A stretch of 32,000 bases of DNA, from contig NZ_AP013028.1 of NCBI RefSeq assembly GCF_000829315.1, positions 780,001 to 812,000 on the forward strand, in the 5' to 3' direction. The stretch is from Wolbachia endosymbiont of Cimex lectularius (lineage in GTDB: Bacteria; Pseudomonadota; Alphaproteobacteria; Rickettsiales; Anaplasmataceae). The translations under genes were made by a program, and so were the position numbers. Numbering within the stretch: position 1 is the first letter of the stretch; each line of letters starts with the position of its first letter. A model generated the notes under the pieces. It had not been told where the DNA came from. It was given only the letters and a program-made list of their open reading frames with translations, and did not search any database. Positions 27,484-32,000 of this stretch are shown here, piece by piece.

Positions 27484-28899
27484 ATGGGTTTCTATATTAG
27501 TGAGAAAGGCGACCTATTTATTCATGACCATGGAGCAAACGTAAGGTTTCAACTACCAAAAAGTATTACTCATCTAAAATTAGTACCGAAGGATGGCGGA
27601 TATAAATTGGTGCCAGCTGATAAGGATGGTGTTGAATTTAGGTATGATGCTCGAGGTGATGCTATACCAGACGAATATAAATATATTGACCAAATATTTG
27701 CACACGAATATGAAAAGAGAGATTCTTCTCATAAACATATCAATATAGGTCTTATAGATTTTAATAAATATCACACTGGTAAGCTTTTTGCTATTAAGTA
27801 CGATCCAAACGATTACCATATACAAAAAAATTCCAAAGGTGAAATACTTAGAATAAACGATCAAACATATTTCACTAAGGTAAAACTATTTGATAATGAT
27901 ACTGGCGAAGAGATTGGAATGTTATCTAATAACTTTCATAATTTCAAAGGAAAAATATTCTTTTCTGCTGACTATAACTACAGTTATAGCGATTTTCTGG
28001 CATCCGTTTCTCCTCAAGTTGAGATTGAGGATATGGGAAATGGAAGTAAAAAAATAACTTTCGACCAAGGTAGTGGTGATCTAGGTGATACTGATAAAGG
28101 CTATACCGATTATCAGAGAATATTTACAAGAGAGAAACAAACCGAAAGTTCAAAAGAACAGGCAAGTGTAAGCAAAACTGAGACAGAAGTCGATGCGCCA
28201 CACATGGGTTATAGTATTACTAATGCTGTTACACGAGCTGCCGAAGAGAAAGCTGCATCAAACGACAATGATGAAATGCAGTCTGATCAGCCACAAAGTT
28301 TAATAAGAACGAAAAGGTCAGCTTCATTAGAAGGAGAGCAAAAGCAGGTAGTGTTGAAAGACACAATCTTGAAAATAGAAAAGAGCTCTGATCAAGTCTC
28401 GGAAGGAAAGCATAAGGCAAACGTGACCATAGATTATTATGACGTGAAAGCCTTGTATGACAAAGCCGAGGAAGCAGAAAAACAATCTGTGTTAGAGTTT
28501 TGGCATAAATTGGCTGAATCGGGATATAAGGTTGGTGCTTTGCCAGAGGACAAGTATTACTTTCAAGGTGGCAAATTCGTAATTCACGATAGCGATACGA
28601 AGAAGTGTATAGCGTTGCCTGAAGATAAGGTGTCCATCAAGATAATGAAAGATGGTGATAGTTATAGTTTAGCTATATCTAATAATAATGGTAAAGTAAT
28701 AAGCAGCATTAGTAAAATAGATAATCCGAATTACGAATTGCTGTCAGACTCAAGTCATTTCAATTTAGAGGAGGATAATATTGCGTTATCAGATCAACAT
28801 CATGAATATAATCTCTATCTAGAGAATGGTTTAGTGAAAATGTTTGATTGCACAGACGATCACGTTTATCACGATCACACCTTGTTCAACATGGGTTAA
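27484..28899 (+). CDS. hypothetical protein (same frame as the upstream ORF, separated only by TGA 27466-27468)
   Basis: A 471-aa ORF with no RBS. Modules of the form Y-x-x-x-G-x-x-x-IHD recur at the N-terminal and C-terminal ends. Confidence 0.55.
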   Translation: MGFYISEKGDLFIHDHGANVRFQLPKSITHLKLVPKDGGYKLVPADKDGVEFRYDARGDAIPDEYKYIDQIFAHEYEKRDSSHKHINIGLIDFNKYHTGKLFAIKYDPNDYHIQKNSKGEILRINDQTYFTKVKLFDNDTGEEIGMLSNNFHNFKGKIFFSADYNYSYSDFLASVSPQVEIEDMGNGSKKITFDQGSGDLGDTDKGYTDYQRIFTREKQTESSKEQASVSKTETEVDAPHMGYSITNAVTRAAEEKAASNDNDEMQSDQPQSLIRTKRSASLEGEQKQVVLKDTILKIEKSSDQVSEGKHKANVTIDYYDVKALYDKAEEAEKQSVLEFWHKLAESGYKVGALPEDKYYFQGGKFVIHDSDTKKCIALPEDKVSIKIMKDGDSYSLAISNNNGKVISSISKIDNPNYELLSDSSHFNLEEDNIALSDQHHEYNLYLENGLVKMFDCTDDHVYHDHTLFNMG

Positions 28900-28909
28900 T
28901 ACACATAAA

Positions 28910-28935
28910 GGGCTGCTGTTTTAATGCAGCAGCCC
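28910..28935. terminator. GC-rich hairpin between convergent genes (candidate bidirectional terminator)
   Basis: GGGCTGCTG (28910-28918), an 8-nt loop, then CAGCAGCCC (28927-28935). The outer ACACAT/ATGTGT arms extend the stem. On the minus strand it is followed by TTTATGTGTATT. Confidence 0.55.
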
Positions 28936-29001
28936 TCATGTGTATGAGGTTATTATACTAAACCAGGTATAAACTTTACAGGATTACACATTTTTTTGAT
29001 A

Positions 29002-29898
29002 TTAGCAAGGAATATAATAATGTAGCACTGCCTTGCGTATTACCAATCCGAATTCTACCTGCTGTAAAATAACACAATCTTCTATATCACTGCTGATCTC
29101 AATCCCTCTGTTTATTGGCCCTGGATGCATAACAATTGCACTTGGTTTTGCGTATGATAACTTTCGTGAATCAAGCCCATATAAATGAAAATATTCTCTC
29201 TCTGAAGGAACAAAACAACTATTATTCATGCGCTCTTTTTGCAACCTCAAAAGCATAATTACATCGGCATCCTTTATGCCTTCAATTAGCGAATAATGGA
29301 CTGAATCTACCTCAGGAAAATGTCTACAAATCAAAGTTGGTGGTGCAACCAAGCATATTTTTGCTCCAAACATTTTTAGTAATCTTATATTCGATCTTGC
29401 AACTCTGCTGTGCAAAATATCTCCGCATATCACAATTTTGAGATCTTTTATTTGCTTCTTATAACTACTGATTACAAAGTAATCCGCAAGTGCTTGAGTT
29501 GGATGTTCACTGCTTCCATCACCGGCATTGATTAGTGAGCAGCTAACATGCTCGGCCAGCATATTCGAAATACCGCTGTTTTTTTGCCTGATTACTATAT
29601 AGTCAGGATTCATTGCATTTAACGTTTTTACCATGTCTTTCAAATTTTCTCCTTTATTAATAGAAGAAGATTTTATCGGCAGAGTTATAACATTTGCTCC
29701 AAGACTTTTTGCCGCTATTTCAAAAGAGGCAAGGGTACGCGTTGAATCTTCAAAAAACAGATTTATTACTGTCTTGTTTTCTAAGATATGCCCATTTGCA
29801 GCTTCATTTTTTAGGTATTGACCAGCTAACTTAATTATATTTTCTACATCATTGATTGTTAGATTCTGTATGCTTAGCAGATTCTTTCTATTGCTCAT
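29002..29898 (-). CDS. pyrB: aspartate carbamoyltransferase catalytic subunit
   Basis: 298 aa, with the motifs FFEDSTRTLASFE, HPTQALAD and HPGPINRG. Confidence 0.9.
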   Translation of the reverse strand: MSNRKNLLSIQNLTINDVENIIKLAGQYLKNEAANGHILENKTVINLFFEDSTRTLASFEIAAKSLGANVITLPIKSSSINKGENLKDMVKTLNAMNPDYIVIRQKNSGISNMLAEHVSCSLINAGDGSSEHPTQALADYFVISSYKKQIKDLKIVICGDILHSRVARSNIRLLKMFGAKICLVAPPTLICRHFPEVDSVHYSLIEGIKDADVIMLLRLQKERMNNSCFVPSEREYFHLYGLDSRKLSYAKPSAIVMHPGPINRGIEISSDIEDCVILQQVEFGLVIRKAVLHYYIPC

Positions 29899-30264
29899 AA
29901 TTTCTTTTTATTGTATAATTGCCATTTACCTCATTCTACCTCTTTATTACCTTTTTTCAATAAGTCCCCTCCACGACAATTATTTTAGCTAGGCCTAAAT
30001 AGGCATTGCATTAAAACAAAAACTGGTATTAACTGATAATTAGTACTCTGGTTTTATTATGGTGAGTATGTTAATAGTAAGTGGGGTTGGAAATGGTTGC
30101 GAAAGCTGAAAAGAAAGATGAGAAAACTAGCCTGGGAAGCAAAATACTAGATTACGTGCCGTGGAGAACGGCACTCACAGTTGCTGCTTTGCTATTCCAG
30201 TTGTTGGTCCTGTTGCTGGTACAGTTGTTGGAACTTTAGCATATGGTAATTATAGGAAGAATAA

Positions 30265-31125
30265 GAACCTGTTTAAAATCTTCGTAACAGGAGAGAAATG
30301 AAGGAGAGGACTATCATCTGTAAGCTAGTGTTGAGCTTCCGCTCGCAATTTTTCCACAATCGCCTGCACTTTTCTAACCAGGCAAAAGAGCGTTCAACAA
30401 CCCATCTTTTTGGCAATACGACGAAAGTGTGTAACTCACTTCGCTTTATTACTTCAACAGTCGCACCAATGATAGCTTTTATTTGTGTTGCAAAATTTTC
30501 TCCTGTGTAGCCAGCATCAACCAGTATGTTTTTAACTTCAGAGAGGTTTGCTTTAGCATTTTCGACCATTTTCACAGTACTGCTACGGTCAGTTGCTTCT
30601 GCCGTTGTTACATAAATTGCATGTGGCAAACCTTGTGTATCAACTGCAATATGGCGCTTTATCCCTGAAATCTTTTTACCTGCATCATAGCCTTTTTTTT
30701 TCAGCAGTATCTGCGTTTTTAACGCTTTGAGAATCAATTATACAAAAGCTAGTTTTCTCTTTCCGACCATTGCTGATACGGACCTCTCCAACTAATTTTT
30801 TTTAAGACTAATTCCAACAAGCTTGGCTCTTCTCCATTCTTTTTACTCCACACTCGAAAATAGTAATATACGCTTTCCCATCTTGGAAAACCCTTTGGTA
30901 ACATCCTCCACTGACAACCACTTTTTAAGACGTACAACACCCCACAAAATACGTCATACAAATCAAGTTTTCTTGGTTTTGTTTTCTGCTTGCTACTCTC
31001 CAAAATTGGCCTGATTTTTTCAAACTGCTCTTGACTTATATTACTTGGATAACTTTTCTGCATAGACACCTCATTATTAATCTATGCTTACTTTACCTCA
31101 CATTTCCAAGATTTTAAACAGGTTC
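30265..31125 (-). mobile_element. IS5-family insertion sequence, copy 5 (861 bp), flanks TAA and TTA do not match
   Basis: Same termini as the other copies. TAA lies at 30262-30264, but TTA lies at 31126-31128. Confidence 0.9.
30273..31069 (-). CDS. IS5-family DDE transposase (orfA 31069..30749, orfB 30737..30273; two frame changes needed)
   Basis: Identical to the other copies except for one substitution in orfB (RSSTVKM versus RSSAVKM). Confidence 0.85.
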
Positions 31126-31148
31126 TTACGAAGATTTTAAACAGGTTC
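31126..31148 (+). mobile_element. solo 23-bp IS right-end remnant abutting copy 5
   Basis: TTACGAAGATTTTAAACAGGTTC equals the last 23 nt of the orfB-side IS terminus. It is followed by TAA (31149-31151), which matches the TAA at 30262-30264. Confidence 0.8.
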
Positions 31149-32000
31149 TAAGAAAAATGGGCTTGAAAAAGCTTGGGATGAACATTGCAAAAACGAGAAA
31201 GCTCCTGATGATAAAAAAACTGACCAGTACAAAAAGAAATTTGAAGAATTTTACAATCTAGGTACAAATTATACTAACCTATTACCAAAGGAAGAAGCCG
31301 GAAATTATCGACCATTTGCAAAACAGGTCTTTAAGGAGATGTTTAAACACGCTGGAGCTCAAGTTCCAAGCGACCCTATCTTGGAAGAACTAGTTACCCA
31401 TTGCAACCAAGCAGGATATGAAGGTGCTTTATTTACACAAATTAGCCTTAGTAAGTATGGTCTAATGCTACAAAATCCTGTAAAAGTGATAAATATTGAC
31501 TGTACTGATATAAATCACATAACAGTGAAATCTGATATGATAATACCTATAGTGAAATCTGATGATCCAGAAGAAGAAGCTTGCCGGATAAATAGCTCAC
31601 TAGAATTCACACTTGAATCTCAAGATGGAAAAGATGGTGTAACATATAAAGATGGTAAATTATTACTCACTATTTCTGAGAAGCTAAAAGACTACCCAGT
31701 TGTTGATGAAATGCAACAAAGTAAAAGTTTATTTGATGTCATTAAAGAAATTTTTCTCCAATTGATTGAGAAAGTTTTTGGCCATACTAATGATATAAAA
31801 ATAATAGAAGAGAACGATGTGATTACAATGGCAGGCAGCTTTGGTAAGTCATTGAAAGTAAAGAGTACACTAAAGGAAGTCAAGCCAATAATGAGTGACA
31901 TTGCTCGGAACAAATAGTAGTAAAAAACTGCATCTAGTCAAAAGAGAGTGAAAATTCTTCTACACAATCAATCACTTCAGAACTTGAAAATTGATTTTTA

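Larger units (their letters stand above)
30161..31917 (+). pseudogene. hypothetical membrane-anchored protein gene split by IS copy 5 (5' end uncertain)
   Basis: ..AIPVVGPVAGTVVGTLAYGNYRKN|KKNGLEKAWDEHCKNEK.. joins in frame to ORF 31339..31917 when 30265..31151 (887 nt) is removed. The start may be GTG 30161, or ATG 30093 in another frame. Confidence 0.65.

Overview
Visibly AT-rich sequence whose gene content and repeat types are typical of a Rickettsiales endosymbiont, most like Wolbachia; no database search was possible. Housekeeping genes: a dsbA-like gene, ubiD, ccmC, the yidC-ribH-nusB string, a retropepsin-like protease, secF, ccmF, prmC and pyrB. Accessory content is heavy. (1) Five near-identical 861-bp IS5-family elements, each with a 3-bp TNA target duplication and each sitting inside another gene or element. 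A full-length transposase requires two frame changes, at an A8 and an A9 run. (2) A PvuII-type restriction-modification cassette. The methyltransferase is intact. The endonuclease is translationally fused to its controller (C) HTH protein and is split by an IS. (3) A ~750-nt ORF-less group II intron on the minus strand with a textbook domain V, also split by an IS. (4) A ~470-bp intergenic repeat family in three copies, carrying a conserved consensus sigma70-type promoter and internal ~153-bp tandem units. (5) A collagenase-like (HExxH) gene followed by two large orphan ORFs, broken by an IS, a frame change and an in-frame TGA. (6) An RHH-antitoxin/RelE-type toxin pair whose toxin has CTG where ATG is expected, so the ORF track missed it. 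It is flanked by a duplicated promoter segment. (7) A short palindromic repeat embedded in-frame in ccmF. (8) Smaller lesions: a premature TAG in a patatin gene and a frameshifted ankyrin gene. No rRNA, tRNA or CRISPR array was found. All family assignments rest on motif recognition by eye.
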